From Alphaproteobacteria bacterium (GTDB lineage Bacteria; Pseudomonadota; Alphaproteobacteria; SP197): a stretch of DNA of 64,000 nt. Numbering within the stretch: position 1 is the first letter of the stretch; the number at the start of each line of letters is the position of its first letter. Positions 44,082 to 54,512 of the stretch are shown one piece after another. A program made the position numbers and the translations under genes. The DNA is taken from assembly GCA_964291415.2 (NCBI GenBank), contig OZ219917.1, forward strand, positions 416,001 through 480,000. Direction: 5' to 3'. Below the pieces are notes generated by a model. It was given only the letters and a program-made list of their open reading frames with translations, had not been told where the DNA came from and did not search any database.

Positions 44082-45509
44082 TCAGCGTTGAGGCTGGCCG
44101 AGCAGATGCTCGAGAGTTTCGACATCCTCGGCCAGGGCCGGATCCTTCGCCTTGAGTTCCTCGATCTTGCGCACGCCGTGCATCACCGTCGTATGGTCTC
44201 GGCCGCCGAACCGGCGGCCGATTTCAGGCAGGCTGCGGTTGGTCAGACGCTTGACGAGGTACATGGCAACCTGACGCGGTCTGGCGATGGCCCGCTCCTT
44301 GCGGCTCGACAGCATGTCCGCCAGACGCAGGTTGAAGTGGTCCGCCACCATCTTCTGGATCTCCTCCACCGTCACCCGCCGTTCCTGGGCGCGCAACAGG
44401 TCGCGCAGAAGCTCGCGGGTCGAATCGAGGGTGACCGGCTGCCCCACCATATGAACATGGGCCACAACCCGGTTGAGAGCTCCCTCGAGTTCGCGGACGT
44501 TGGAGGTGATGGTGGTGGCAAGAAACTCCAGCACAGCCGTCGGCACCACGTCTTCGGGGTTGGTGCCGGGCCGCTTTTCGCCGATGCTGTGAACCAGCTT
44601 GTTTTTCAGGATGTCGAGGCGCAGGGCGTAGTCTGCCGGACGGAGCAGGGCCACGACGCCGCCGTTGAGGCGGGACCGCAGTCGCTCGTCGATTCCCTCG
44701 AGATTCGACGGCGCCCGGTCAGCGGTGATCACGATTTGCCGGTTGAGGTCGGCAAGGGCATTGAAGGTGTGAAGGAACTCTTCCTGGGTGGATGCCTTGT
44801 CGGCGATGAACTGGATGTCGTCGATCATCAGGACATCCACCGACCTGAACTCGTTCTTGAACGCCATTGTGTCCTTGAAGCGAAGGGCGTGCACGAAGCG
44901 CGTCATGAACTTCTCGGCTGACATGAAGAGACCCTGGCGTTCCGGCCGTTGCGTACGGATCCGCCAGGCGATGGCATTCATCAGGTGGGTCTTGCCCAGT
45001 CCGACGCTGCCGTAGAGATACAGCGGGTTGTAGGACACCCGGTTGCTGTCAGCGACGTCCATGGCGGCCCGGTGGGCGAAGTGATTGGTCTCGCCGATCA
45101 CGAAGTTCTCGAACGTGAACCGCGGATTGAGCTGGGTGGCGGCGCCGGCCACGTCCCTGGAAACCCGTGCCAGGCCGTCAACGGTGCCGAGACGGCGCTG
45201 GAGGGGACGAACCTCCCGGGTCTTGGGACGGCGCTCGGGAACTCCGACGGTGATGGCGATGTCGGTGATCTCATCGCTTTCGCCACACCACAGGTCACGC
45301 AGGCGCTCGCCGCAACGCGACATGACCCATCTCTTCATGTTGTCTCCCGGTACCCGCAGAACGACCTTGGTTCCCGACACACCGTCGAGAGTGAGTGGCC
45401 GCAGCCATGTCCTGAAAGCCGCCTCTCCAAGCTCTGCCCTCAACCGCGAGCGCACACGCTTCCACTGGTCCTCGACGAGGGCCGTGCGCTTGAGCGGCCT
45501 GGCCGCCAT
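44082..45509 (-). CDS. dnaA: Chromosomal replication initiator DnaA
   Basis: YNPLYLYG.VGLGKTHL, MIDDIQF, NVRELEGAL, RPRQVAMYL and GGRDHTTV motifs. Start is uncertain (45509 or 45590). Confidence 0.97.
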   Translation of the reverse strand: MAARPLKRTALVEDQWKRVRSRLRAELGEAAFRTWLRPLTLDGVSGTKVVLRVPGDNMKRWVMSRCGERLRDLWCGESDEITDIAITVGVPERRPKTREVRPLQRRLGTVDGLARVSRDVAGAATQLNPRFTFENFVIGETNHFAHRAAMDVADSNRVSYNPLYLYGSVGLGKTHLMNAIAWRIRTQRPERQGLFMSAEKFMTRFVHALRFKDTMAFKNEFRSVDVLMIDDIQFIADKASTQEEFLHTFNALADLNRQIVITADRAPSNLEGIDERLRSRLNGGVVALLRPADYALRLDILKNKLVHSIGEKRPGTNPEDVVPTAVLEFLATTITSNVRELEGALNRVVAHVHMVGQPVTLDSTRELLRDLLRAQERRVTVEEIQKMVADHFNLRLADMLSSRKERAIARPRQVAMYLVKRLTNRSLPEIGRRFGGRDHTTVMHGVRKIEELKAKDPALAEDVETLEHLLGQPQR

Positions 45510-45867
45510 CAACCTGCCCTCCGGGCTGACCCATGCAGGCCTTGGCGGATACAACATTGTGATATTGTGAGACTTTATTATGGCGCCCATCGATTCAGTG
45601 CTCCCCGGCTCTCCCCGAAATGTGTTCCCGGTTGTTTGTGGTTCCCGGTGTTTTGCCTCGCTCCCTCACCCAAGGATCGGCTCGCAATCCGGCCTTCAAA
45701 CTAGAGCGGGCATTGACGGACAACAACACAGCGCAACCGCCAATCCGCCGGCAGCAGAGGCCGGAGCTGTTGACGGCTGCTGTATGAATCGGGGAAAGGT
45801 TGCCTTCCCGTTGTCGCGGAAAGGGGAGCCGATTACGCCAGATTGGGCAGCGCGAGGCTGCCGGTCA

Positions 45868-46128
45868 CTACATCTTGGCGATACGCCTGGAGAGTCGCGA
45901 AACCTTCCGTGATGCTGCGTTGCGATGGATAACTCCGAGCCTGGCCCCTCGCGCCAACTCGGACTCGGCCTGCCGCAGCATGGTGGCCGCCGCGTCCTTC
46001 TCGCCGGCGGCAATCGCCGTCTCCACCTTGACCACGAACGTGCGCATGCGGCTCATCCGCTGGCGGTTTACCGCGGTTTTGCGGGCTGTCTGGCGTACTC
46101 TCTTGCGGGCCTGAAGGCTGTTGGCCAT
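45868..46128 (-). CDS. rpsT: 30S ribosomal protein S20
   Basis: MAN..QARKR.RQ...N..R.SRMRT and IHRNAASRKVSRL motifs. Confidence 0.96.
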   Translation of the reverse strand: MANSLQARKRVRQTARKTAVNRQRMSRMRTFVVKVETAIAAGEKDAAATMLRQAESELARGARLGVIHRNAASRKVSRLSRRIAKM

Positions 46129-46155
46129 GTCGCTTGTCCACTCACGGAAAGGCGG

Positions 46156-46184
46156 CTTATACCTGTGGCCGCAGGGGCCGTCAA
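46156..46184 (-). promoter_or_regulatory. Sigma70 promoter of rpsT
   Basis: TTGACG-N17-TATAAG on the minus strand. Confidence 0.7.
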
Positions 46185-46277
46185 TTCAGGAAATCTGCGG
46201 AGTCACGCTCCCTTGCGGTGTGGTCGGGGCCAATTGCGAAACCAAACACTTTGCGAATCGGCCGACTCGAGTCGCGA

Positions 46278-47108
46278 TCAGCGCTGACAGTGGCCGCAAA
46301 GATACGTCGATCGTCCCGACTGGACGATCCGCCGGATGATGCCGGCGCATCCGGCGGTCGGACACGGATCGTTCTCGCGGCCATAGACGCGGAAGTCGTG
46401 CTGGAAATAACCGGGCTCGCCCGACGTCCGGACATGATCCCTGAGCGACGAGCCCCCGGCGGCGATGGCACGGTGAAGGACATCGCCCAGTGCATCGGCG
46501 AGTGCCGCCGCCCGGCCGGGGCCGATGTGGGCTGCCAGGCGGCGAGGCGAGATACGCGCCTGGTGAAGGGATTCCGAGGCATAGATGTTGCCGACGCCGC
46601 CGACAATCTCCTGATTGAGAAGCGCCGCCTTGACCGGTGTCCGGCGCCCGGCGAGACGGGCGAGAAAAGAACCTGTTGTGAATGAGTTGTCGAGGGGGTC
46701 GGGGGCCAGGTGGCGGAGCAGGGGATGATCGTTCTCGGCGGTTCCGGCAACCAGGGTCATGAGGCCGAAGCGGCGCTGGTCGTTGAAGACGACCTCGTTG
46801 CCGTCCTCCAGCGTGAACACGACGTGGTCGTGAGGCCCGGGAAGGGAACCGGTGCGGCACCGGACGAGAAAGTTCCCCGACATGCCGAGATGACAGATCA
46901 CCACCTCTGCGTCGTCGAGATCGACCAGGAGATACTTCGCCCGGCGCCGCAACCCCGTGACCCGACGTCCCGCAAGGCGCCTGGCAAAGTCGGGGGGAAA
47001 CGGGATCCTGAGATCCGGCCGGCGCACCTCGACATCGACGATGCGCTGGCCGCGGAGAACGGGCTCGAGACCCCGGCGGACCGTTTCGACTTCAGGAAGT
47101 TCCGGCAT
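46278..47108 (-). CDS. mutM: Formamidopyrimidine-DNA glycosylase Fpg
   Basis: [24 protein letters not shown] and C-terminal zinc finger (CP..GC...CGHCQ). Confidence 0.97.
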   Translation of the reverse strand: MPELPEVETVRRGLEPVLRGQRIVDVEVRRPDLRIPFPPDFARRLAGRRVTGLRRRAKYLLVDLDDAEVVICHLGMSGNFLVRCRTGSLPGPHDHVVFTLEDGNEVVFNDQRRFGLMTLVAGTAENDHPLLRHLAPDPLDNSFTTGSFLARLAGRRTPVKAALLNQEIVGGVGNIYASESLHQARISPRRLAAHIGPGRAAALADALGDVLHRAIAAGGSSLRDHVRTSGEPGYFQHDFRVYGRENDPCPTAGCAGIIRRIVQSGRSTYLCGHCQR

Positions 47109-47138
47109 GAAGGCTGCCAGTGGCCATATCGGACAATT

Positions 47139-47156
47139 GTGACAAGTTCATGACAA
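47139..47156 (-). promoter_or_regulatory. Pho-box-like direct repeat oriented toward mutM
   Basis: Minus strand TTGTCAT-GAAC-TTGTCAC (11-bp period), followed after 10 nt by TATGGC; 31 nt from the mutM ATG. Confidence 0.6.
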
Positions 47157-47261
47157 GTGCACAATAAACCGATCACCGTCGGCCCGGCGCCCACCATAGC
47201 CCGATTGCCATGGTGACGTCTCCCAGGGATCGGGCAACGACAACCTGTGCTACAAGGGGCC

Positions 47262-48014
47262 ATGATCACGGACGACTATCAGGACCATGCCGGCCGGTTC
47301 GGCGAGGAGCGTGTCGGTGAAGCCCGCAAGGAGGCCATGGTCGGTGCCGTCTTCGGCGAGGTCGCGGAATCCTACGACCTGATGAACGATCTCATGTCCG
47401 CAGGAGTGCATCGCCTGTGGAAACGCGAGATGGTGACGCTGATGGCCCGCGATCTTTCCCGCGGTCGCATCATCGACGTCGCCGGCGGCACAGGCGACGT
47501 CGCCTTCGCCCTGGCGCGCCGCGGGTTCCAGGTGGACGTCGTCGACATCAACAGGTCCATGATCGATGTCTCGCGATCACGCCGCCGGAGAGGGATTCCC
47601 GACGGATCGCTGACCTTCGTGTGCGGTCGCGCCGAGGCGCTGCCCTATCGCGACGGTTCGCTGGACGGCTGCACCAATGCCTTCGGCATCCGCAATGTCA
47701 CGCACATTGACCGGGCTCTCGCCGAGGCCTTCCGTGTCCTGAGACCCGGAGGCCGGTTCCTGTGCCTCGAGTTCGGCCGTCCGGCGCGACCCATCGCCGG
47801 CCTCTACCAGCGTGCCTCGCGAAACGTGATTCCGCGCCTCGGCGCCCTCGTTGCCGGCAGCGCCGGATCCTACCGCTATCTCGTGGAAAGCATCGCCCGC
47901 TTTCCCGACCAGCACCGCTTTGCCGCCATGGTCCGCGAGGCCGGTTTCAGCCATGTGGCGACGCGCAACCTCTCGGGCGGGATCGCCGCGTTGACGACGG
48001 CCTGGCGCCTGTAG
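47262..48014 (+). CDS. ubiE: Ubiquinone/menaquinone C-methyltransferase
   Basis: YDLMNDLMSAGVHRLWK, DVAGGTGD, FGIRNVT and YRYLVESI motifs. Confidence 0.95.
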   Translation: MITDDYQDHAGRFGEERVGEARKEAMVGAVFGEVAESYDLMNDLMSAGVHRLWKREMVTLMARDLSRGRIIDVAGGTGDVAFALARRGFQVDVVDINRSMIDVSRSRRRRGIPDGSLTFVCGRAEALPYRDGSLDGCTNAFGIRNVTHIDRALAEAFRVLRPGGRFLCLEFGRPARPIAGLYQRASRNVIPRLGALVAGSAGSYRYLVESIARFPDQHRFAAMVREAGFSHVATRNLSGGIAALTTAWRL

Positions 48015-48087
48015 CGGCCGTGCGGCGGGCGGTTCTCCAGAACACGACAACAGGCGTATAGTGGGGACAGACAAGGGAACCTCGACG

Positions 48088-49293
48088 ATGCTTGACAGCA
48101 GGAGTGTCCTTCTCGTCATCTCGGGCGGTATTGCCGCCTGCAAGTCTCTCGATCTCATCCGCCAGCTGCGCGCGGAAGGGGCCCGCGTACGGTGTGTTCT
48201 CACGCCGGCCGCTCTCGAGTTCGTGACACCCCTTGCCGTGGCGTCACTCTCCGACGAGCCGGTTTTCCAGGACCTCTTCACGCCGACCGGTGACACCGGG
48301 ATGGACCATATACGCCTGTCGCGGGAGGCTGACCTCGTGGTGGTGGCGCCGGCGACGGCCGATATCATGGGCCGCATGGCAGGGGGTCTGGCGGACGACC
48401 TGGCGACGGCGATCCTGCTTGCCACCGACAAGCCGGTGCTTGCGGCGCCGTCCATGAACACGCGCATGTGGGAGAATCCCGCCGTCAGGCGCAATGTGGC
48501 CCGGCTCATCGCCGACGGCGTCACCATGGTGGGGCCGGAAGCAGGGGATCTCGCGTGCGGCGAAACCGGACCGGGGCGCATGAGCGAACCGGATGCCATC
48601 GTCGATGCGATCGCCGCCCTCCTCGGGCGGAGCGACACCGGACCGCTCAGCGGCCGCCACGTCCTCGTCACGAGCGGCCCGACACACGAACCGGTTGACC
48701 CGGTCCGCTATGTCGGCAACCGCAGTTCCGGCAAGCAGGGACATGCGGTGGCGACAGCCTGTGTCGACCTTGGCGCGCGCGTGACCCTGGTGTCGGGGCC
48801 CGTGGCCCTTGCCGATCCGCCGGGGACCGATGTTGTCCATGTCGAGACCGCCTGCGACATGCTGCATGCCTGCCTCGATGCCCTGCCTGCCGATGCCGCG
48901 GTGTGCGCCGCCGCGGTCGCCGACTGGCGGGTGGCCGAACCCCGTTCCGTCAAGTGGAAGAAGGATGCCGGAGGAACGCCGGTTCTCGAACTCGTCGAGA
49001 ACCCCGACATCCTTGCCACCATCGCGTCTTCGGGGAACAGCCGGCCGGACCTCGTCATAGGCTTTGCCGCCGAGACCGGTGATGTGCTCGTTGAAGCGTC
49101 GAAGAAGCGCGCCGCCAAGATGTGCGACTGGATCGTCGCCAACGATGTCAGCCCGGGAACCGATACCTTTGGCGGTGACAACAACGTCATCCACCTGGTG
49201 GGTCCTCAGGGCGCGGAAGCGTGGCCCCGCATGGCCAAGGCGGAGGTCGCGCGGCGGCTGGCCGGAAGAATTGCGGATCACTTCAACCCATGA
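48088..49293 (+). CDS. coaBC: Phosphopantothenoylcysteine decarboxylase/ligase
   Basis: GGIAA.K, APATA, PSMN.RMW, LACGE.G.GRM, DPVRY..NRSSGKQG and GFAAET motifs. Confidence 0.96.
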   Translation: MLDSRSVLLVISGGIAACKSLDLIRQLRAEGARVRCVLTPAALEFVTPLAVASLSDEPVFQDLFTPTGDTGMDHIRLSREADLVVVAPATADIMGRMAGGLADDLATAILLATDKPVLAAPSMNTRMWENPAVRRNVARLIADGVTMVGPEAGDLACGETGPGRMSEPDAIVDAIAALLGRSDTGPLSGRHVLVTSGPTHEPVDPVRYVGNRSSGKQGHAVATACVDLGARVTLVSGPVALADPPGTDVVHVETACDMLHACLDALPADAAVCAAAVADWRVAEPRSVKWKKDAGGTPVLELVENPDILATIASSGNSRPDLVIGFAAETGDVLVEASKKRAAKMCDWIVANDVSPGTDTFGGDNNVIHLVGPQGAEAWPRMAKAEVARRLAGRIADHFNP

Positions 49294-49397
49294 CGGAGCT
49301 CTGTCCCCGGGACTCACCTTCATGCGGGCGCCTTCGCCGACGGTCATTCCAACCCGCGGCGGCGTCCTGCGGGACCGGGGTATCCGTGCGCTGATCC

Positions 49398-50201
49398 ATG
49401 GACCTTTCCGACTTCACCGAAGAGCAGCTTCACCGCTACGCCCGGCACATCGTCATGCCGGAGGTCGGCGGCGGCGGGCAGATCAGATTGCTCAATTCGC
49501 GGGTGCTCGTCGTCGGAGCGGGTGGTCTCGGGGCGCCCCTTCTCATGTACCTGGCAGCCGCCGGCGTCGGTACGCTGGGCGTGATCGACGGCGACCGGGT
49601 CGATCTGTCGAACCTGCAGCGCCAGATCATTCACACGACCCCGCGGATCGGCAGATGGAAGACCGAAAGCGCGCGCAGCACCATCGCCGCCATCAATCCC
49701 GGCGTCGAGGTTCGCTGTCACACGGAACGTCTCGACCATCTCAATGCGCTGACCATTCTTGCCGACTACGATCTGGTGTGCGACGGCTCGGACAACTTCC
49801 CGACACGCTACCTTGTCAACGATGCCTGTCATCTGGCGGCAAAGCCCCTGGTGAGTGCCGCCATGATGCGATTCGATGGCCAGCTGACGACCTTTCCTGC
49901 CGACGGCCCATGCTACCGGTGCCTGTTTCCCGAAGCGCCGCCCGACGGTCTCGTGCCGTCCTGCTCCGAGGCCGGAATACTGGGCGCCATTGCCGGTGTG
50001 ATGGGAACGTTGCAGGCCGCCGAGGCCATCAAGGAACTGCTCGAACTCGGCGACCGCCTCGCCGGCACGCTGCTGATCTACGACGCCCTGGCCGCCTCCT
50101 TTCACCGGGTCGCCTACGAACGCGACCCGGGCTGTGCGTTGTGCGGCGAGGCGCCAGGCATCGTCGATCTTTCGCCCCACGCCAGCCGGACGTGTTCGTG
50201 A
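49398..50201 (+). CDS. moeB: MoeB/ThiF-family adenylyltransferase
   Basis: RYARHI, GAGGLG, SNLQRQ, DGSDNF.TRY, CYRC and CSEAG motifs. Confidence 0.88.
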   Translation: MDLSDFTEEQLHRYARHIVMPEVGGGGQIRLLNSRVLVVGAGGLGAPLLMYLAAAGVGTLGVIDGDRVDLSNLQRQIIHTTPRIGRWKTESARSTIAAINPGVEVRCHTERLDHLNALTILADYDLVCDGSDNFPTRYLVNDACHLAAKPLVSAAMMRFDGQLTTFPADGPCYRCLFPEAPPDGLVPSCSEAGILGAIAGVMGTLQAAEAIKELLELGDRLAGTLLIYDALAASFHRVAYERDPGCALCGEAPGIVDLSPHASRTCS

Positions 50202-50815
50202 ACACCTACAGCTACCTCAACGACGGGGCCCTGATCTACGCCAGGTCGCGATCGATCATCGAGGCTGAAACCGGGTTGTCGATGGTGCCGGAGGCCCTGC
50301 GCGAGGTCGCGCTGAGACTCATTCACAGTTGTGGCATGACCGACGTGGTCAAGGACCTCGATGCCTCGCCCGGGGCGGTGGCTGCCGGCCGCCGGGCCCT
50401 TGCCTGCGGGGCGCCGGTGCTTTGCGATGTCGACATGACGGCGAAGGGAATCATCACCCGGTTGCTGCCGGCGCAGAACCGCGTCGTGTGTACGGTCCAC
50501 ACCTCCCGGGTGCGGCAACATGCGAAGCGTTCCGCCACCACGCGATCATGGGCGGCGGCGGATCTCTGGGGCGGAATGCTCGAGGAAGCCGTGGTGGCCA
50601 TCGGCAATGCGCCCACCGCACTCTACCGCGTTCTCGAGAAGGCGCCGGATGTCCGCCCGGCCCTGATCATCGGCATGCCCGTCGGATTTGTCGGTGCGGT
50701 GGAGGCGAAATCTGCCCTGGCGGAAAGCGGTCTCGACTACATTACGGTTCACGGTCGCCGGGGCGGCAGCGCCATGGCAGCGGCGGCGGTGAATGCGCTT
50801 TGCGGGACCCTCTAG
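50198..50815 (+). CDS. cobH: Precorrin-8X methylmutase
   Basis: IY.RS..II, RLIHSCG, AIGNAPTAL, PVGFVGA.EAK and GRRGGSAMAAAAVNAL; GTG start overlaps the moeB stop. Confidence 0.94.
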   Translation: MNTYSYLNDGALIYARSRSIIEAETGLSMVPEALREVALRLIHSCGMTDVVKDLDASPGAVAAGRRALACGAPVLCDVDMTAKGIITRLLPAQNRVVCTVHTSRVRQHAKRSATTRSWAAADLWGGMLEEAVVAIGNAPTALYRVLEKAPDVRPALIIGMPVGFVGAVEAKSALAESGLDYITVHGRRGGSAMAAAAVNALCGTL

Positions 50816-52021
50816 GTGGTGCCCTGGCTTGCCGTCGTCGGGCTCGGCGAGGATGGACCGGATGGTCTGCCCGACTCCGCACGGACACTGATTGACGGCG
50901 CCGAGGTGCTGGTGGGTGGCCGCCGTCACCTCGCCATGGTCGATGCAGGCGGCAGACCCGCACTCGCCTGGGAATCGCCCCTTTCGCGGACGGTGGAGGC
51001 GATTGCTGCCCACGAGGGACGCCGGGTCTGTGTCCTGGCGACAGGGGATCCCATGCACTATGGCATCGGTGTCACGCTGGCGCGCCGATTCGGCAGGGAG
51101 GCTCTCGTGGTGCTGCCGGCGCCGTCGGCCTTTTCCCTCGCCTGTGCCCGCCTTGCCTGGCCGCTGGCCGAGACTGTCCAGCTCACGCTGCACGGGCGGC
51201 CGCCGGAACTCGTGCGCGCCCACCTCGCGCCGGGCCAGAAGATGCTGATCCTTTCCCACGATGCGACAACGCCGCCGACCGTCTGCCGCCTGCTCTGCGA
51301 GGCGGGTTACGGTGCAAGCGAGGTCCACGTCCTCTGTCACCTGGGCGGCACCAGGGAGCGCGTACTGAGCGGCACCGCCGGGTCCCTGGTCGATTGTCAT
51401 GCAGACGATCTCAACACCCTGGCGATCGAGCCGAAGGCCGATGCCGGGGTGTCGCCGCTTCCCCGCACTCCTGGGCTTCCCGACAGCGCCTTCCGCAATG
51501 ACGGCCAGCTGACCCGGCGCGAAGTGAGAGCGGCGACACTGGCAGCCCTCATGCCCCTTGGTGGACAGCGGCTGTGGGATGTCGGCGCCGGTTGCGGGTC
51601 CATCGCCATTGAGTGGATGCGGGCAGCCGGGCAGGCCACGGCGATCGCCATCGAGCGCGATCCGGCGCGATCGGCCATCATTGCCGAGAATGCCGCGACC
51701 CTGGGTGTACCCGGAATCGGCATCGTCACGGGCTCCGCGCCAGCTGCTCTGGCGCAACTCGAGACGCCCGACGCGGTGTTTATCGGCGGAGGCCTTGCCG
51801 GCGGCACCATTGCCGGACCCTGCTGGGAGGCGCTGCCCCGGGGAGGACGCCTGGTCGCCAACGCGGTGACCGTGGAGAGTGAACAGGTGCTGGCCACCCT
51901 CCACCGGGATCTGGGAGGCGACCTGGTGCGGATTGCCGTCTCGCATGTCCGGCCGGTGGGCGGGTTCTCGGGCTGGAAGCCGGCGATGCCGGTGACGCAG
52001 TGGCGTGTCATCAAGCCATGA
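50816..52021 (+). CDS. cobL: Bifunctional precorrin-6Y C5,15-methyltransferase (CbiE-CbiT)
   Basis: VVGLGEDG, ATGDPMHYGIG, DGQLTRREVR, WDVGAGCGSI and FIGGG motifs. Confidence 0.93.
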   Translation: MVPWLAVVGLGEDGPDGLPDSARTLIDGAEVLVGGRRHLAMVDAGGRPALAWESPLSRTVEAIAAHEGRRVCVLATGDPMHYGIGVTLARRFGREALVVLPAPSAFSLACARLAWPLAETVQLTLHGRPPELVRAHLAPGQKMLILSHDATTPPTVCRLLCEAGYGASEVHVLCHLGGTRERVLSGTAGSLVDCHADDLNTLAIEPKADAGVSPLPRTPGLPDSAFRNDGQLTRREVRAATLAALMPLGGQRLWDVGAGCGSIAIEWMRAAGQATAIAIERDPARSAIIAENAATLGVPGIGIVTGSAPAALAQLETPDAVFIGGGLAGGTIAGPCWEALPRGGRLVANAVTVESEQVLATLHRDLGGDLVRIAVSHVRPVGGFSGWKPAMPVTQWRVIKP

Positions 52022-52725
52022 CTGAAGGGATTCTCTATGGCCTTGGCGTGGGCCCGGGCGATCCCGAACTCGTCACCCTGAAGGCGTACCGCATTCTCGG
52101 CGAGGTTCCCGTCATCGCCTGGCCTGCTCCGCAGTCAGGAGAAAGCCTGGCCCGCTCGATCATCGCCCCGTGGCTGCGTGGTGACCGGGAGGAAATCGCC
52201 ATTCGCATGCCGCTCGACGCCAACAGGTTTCCGGCCGAAGAGGTCTATAGCCGCGCGGTCGACGCCATCAGCCGCCATCTCGACGCCGGCCGGGATGTCG
52301 CCGTCATCTGCGAGGGCGATCCGTTCTTCTACGGAAGTTTCATGTATCTCTTTGCCCGTGTGGCAGACCGCTACCAGGTCGAAGTGGTGCCTGGCGTTTC
52401 CTCCCTCATGGCCTGTCCGGCCGCCGCCGGCGTGCCGCTGGCGGCTCGCAACGATGCGCTGCTGGTGTGTCCGGGCACTCTCAGCGATGCGGCGATGACG
52501 GAGCGTCTTGCCTTTGCCGACTCTGTCGCCATCATCAAGGTGGGCCGCCACCTGGCAAGGATCAGGCGCGTTCTCGATGCGGCAGGCCTGCTCGGCCACG
52601 CCTGGTACGTGGCCCATGCCACCATGGGTCATCAGGTCGTGATGCCCCTTGCGGGCGTCACCGACGCCACCGGACCCTACTTTTCCATGATCCTTGTTCA
52701 TCGCCGCGGCGAGGCATGGCGATGA
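52018..52725 (+). CDS. cobI: Precorrin-2 C20-methyltransferase
   Basis: LYGLGVGPGDPEL.TLKA, EGDPFFYGSF and PYFSMI motifs. Confidence 0.94.
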   Translation: MTEGILYGLGVGPGDPELVTLKAYRILGEVPVIAWPAPQSGESLARSIIAPWLRGDREEIAIRMPLDANRFPAEEVYSRAVDAISRHLDAGRDVAVICEGDPFFYGSFMYLFARVADRYQVEVVPGVSSLMACPAAAGVPLAARNDALLVCPGTLSDAAMTERLAFADSVAIIKVGRHLARIRRVLDAAGLLGHAWYVAHATMGHQVVMPLAGVTDATGPYFSMILVHRRGEAWR

Positions 52726-54512
52726 CCCTTCCCGCCGGGACCGTGGTGATCTGCCTTGCCGCCTCGGGGTTGCCGATGGCGAGACGGATCGCCGAAAGCC
52801 TGCCGGGCGCCCGTGTGCACGGCCTCGCGCACCGGGTGGAGGACGCCGACGTCACGTTCACGGCGACAGTGGATCATGTGGCGGAACTCTTCGCGGCCGG
52901 CGTCCCCGTCATCGGTCTGTGCGCCACCGGCATCCTGATTCGCGCCGTGGCGCCCCTTGTCGCTGACAAGACGAACGAACCCCCCTTGCTGGCCGTGACC
53001 GAGGACGGAACATCGATCATCCCGCTTCTCGGTGGCCACCGGGGGGCCAACCGCCTGGCGCGCCACTGCGCCGCGGTGACGGGCGGCCACGCGGTCACGA
53101 CAACGCTGGGCGACGTGCGATTCCCGCGCGCCCTCGACGAGATGCCGCGAGGCTGGCGCCTTGCCGCGACCTCCCGCACGGCGCCGGTGATGGCCGCTGT
53201 GGCTGCCGGCGAGACTGTCCGCCTCAGCGTCGAGGCGGGCGACGCGACTTGGCTCGAGGAGACAGGCCTTGAATCCTCCGGCGACGGGCGTCTCGAGGTG
53301 TGCGTGACCGACCGCAGTGACCGGTCGGCCGATCTCGTGTTGCATCCCCCTGTGCTGGCCGTCGGCGCCGGCTGCGAACGCGGCTGCGACGCCGGGGAGC
53401 TGGTGTCGCTGGTGCTCGAGACACTGGGGGCAGCGGGCCTGGCGCAACAGGCAGTCGCCTGTGTCGCCAGCCTGGACATCAAGTCCGATGAACCGGCGAT
53501 GCTGACCCTTGCCGAACACCTCGACGTGCCGCTGGTGGTCTTCCCGGCCGAACGTCTCGAGGAGGAATTGCCGCGTCTTTGTCATCCGTCGGACATTGTC
53601 CATGCCGTCACCGGTTGCCATGGCGTGGCGGAGGGTGCGGCCCTGGCAGTGGCCGGTGACGCGGGCGATCTCGTGGTGGCAAAGACCAGGTCGCGCCGGG
53701 CCACCTGCGCCGTTGCCCGGGCGCCGGACGCCATAGACGCCGAGGCCGTTGGCACCAGGCCCGGCCATCTCGCCATTGTCGGCCTCGGGCCCGGTGCGGA
53801 GCACTTGAGGACGCTGCAGGCAAGCCGGGCGATCGGCGAAGCCAGCGACGTGGTCGGCTATCGCGCCTACCTCGACCTCATACCCGCCCTGGTGCGCTCC
53901 AGAACCTGCCATGCCTTTGACCTCGGCGAGGAGACCGGGCGCTGCCGGCATGCCCTCGACCTTGCCGCCGCCGGCAGGAAGGTCGTCCTTGTCAGCTCCG
54001 GGGACCCGGGCATCTACGCCATGGCAAGCCTGGTTCACGAACTGATCGACGGCTCCACCCGGTGGCGCGGTGTCGGGATCAGCGTCATCCCCGGTGTTTC
54101 CGCGGTCCAGCTTGCGGCAGCCGAGTCCGGAGCCCCCATTGGCCACGATTTCTGCGCCATCTCGCTTTCGGATCTCCTGACACCGCGTGACACCGTGCTC
54201 GCCCGCGTGCGCGCGGCCGCCGAGGGAGATTTTGTCGTGGCCTTCTACAACCCGGTGTCCGGACGCCGGCGTCTTCTCCTCGGCCTCGCCCGGGACATTC
54301 TCCTTGAGCATCGCGATCCCGCCACGCCGGTGGTCATCGGCCGGCTGCTGGGACGCGAGGGGCATTCTCTCGCTCACACGACACTGGACTCGCTGGATGC
54401 CGGCGCAGTCGACATGCTGAGCCTCGTCATCGTCGGCTCGTCGCAGACCAGGCGCTACCGCCACCGTGGGCGCACCGTGGTCTATACGCCGCGCGGCTAC
54501 GCCGCGTCATGA
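52722..54512 (+). CDS. cobJ: Fused CbiG / precorrin-3B C17-methyltransferase (CobJ/CbiH)
   Basis: CbiG part: [27 protein letters not shown]. CobJ part: [39 protein letters not shown]. Confidence 0.9.
   Translation: MTLPAGTVVICLAASGLPMARRIAESLPGARVHGLAHRVEDADVTFTATVDHVAELFAAGVPVIGLCATGILIRAVAPLVADKTNEPPLLAVTEDGTSIIPLLGGHRGANRLARHCAAVTGGHAVTTTLGDVRFPRALDEMPRGWRLAATSRTAPVMAAVAAGETVRLSVEAGDATWLEETGLESSGDGRLEVCVTDRSDRSADLVLHPPVLAVGAGCERGCDAGELVSLVLETLGAAGLAQQAVACVASLDIKSDEPAMLTLAEHLDVPLVVFPAERLEEELPRLCHPSDIVHAVTGCHGVAEGAALAVAGDAGDLVVAKTRSRRATCAVARAPDAIDAEAVGTRPGHLAIVGLGPGAEHLRTLQASRAIGEASDVVGYRAYLDLIPALVRSRTCHAFDLGEETGRCRHALDLAAAGRKVVLVSSGDPGIYAMASLVHELIDGSTRWRGVGISVIPGVSAVQLAAAESGAPIGHDFCAISLSDLLTPRDTVLARVRAAAEGDFVVAFYNPVSGRRRLLLGLARDILLEHRDPATPVVIGRLLGREGHSLAHTTLDSLDAGAVDMLSLVIVGSSQTRRYRHRGRTVVYTPRGYAAS

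Noticed and set aside
45510-45867. oriC next to dnaA
   Set aside because: There is a short AT-rich patch (~45551-45583), but I found no clear TTATCCACA-type box cluster. It is more likely the dnaA promoter and leader.
50150-50200. Cobalamin riboswitch ahead of the cob cluster
   Set aside because: cobH overlaps the moeB stop, so there is no leader space, and no B12-box was seen.
49064-50815. 583-aa ORF as an N-terminally extended CobH (likewise extended PstB, PstS, RdgB and GrpE ORFs)
   Set aside because: The upstream parts overlap other genes out of frame, and family similarity begins only at the internal starts given in the features.
52722-54512. CbiG-CobJ fusion as a novelty
   Set aside because: This fusion is a known, common arrangement in cobalamin clusters.
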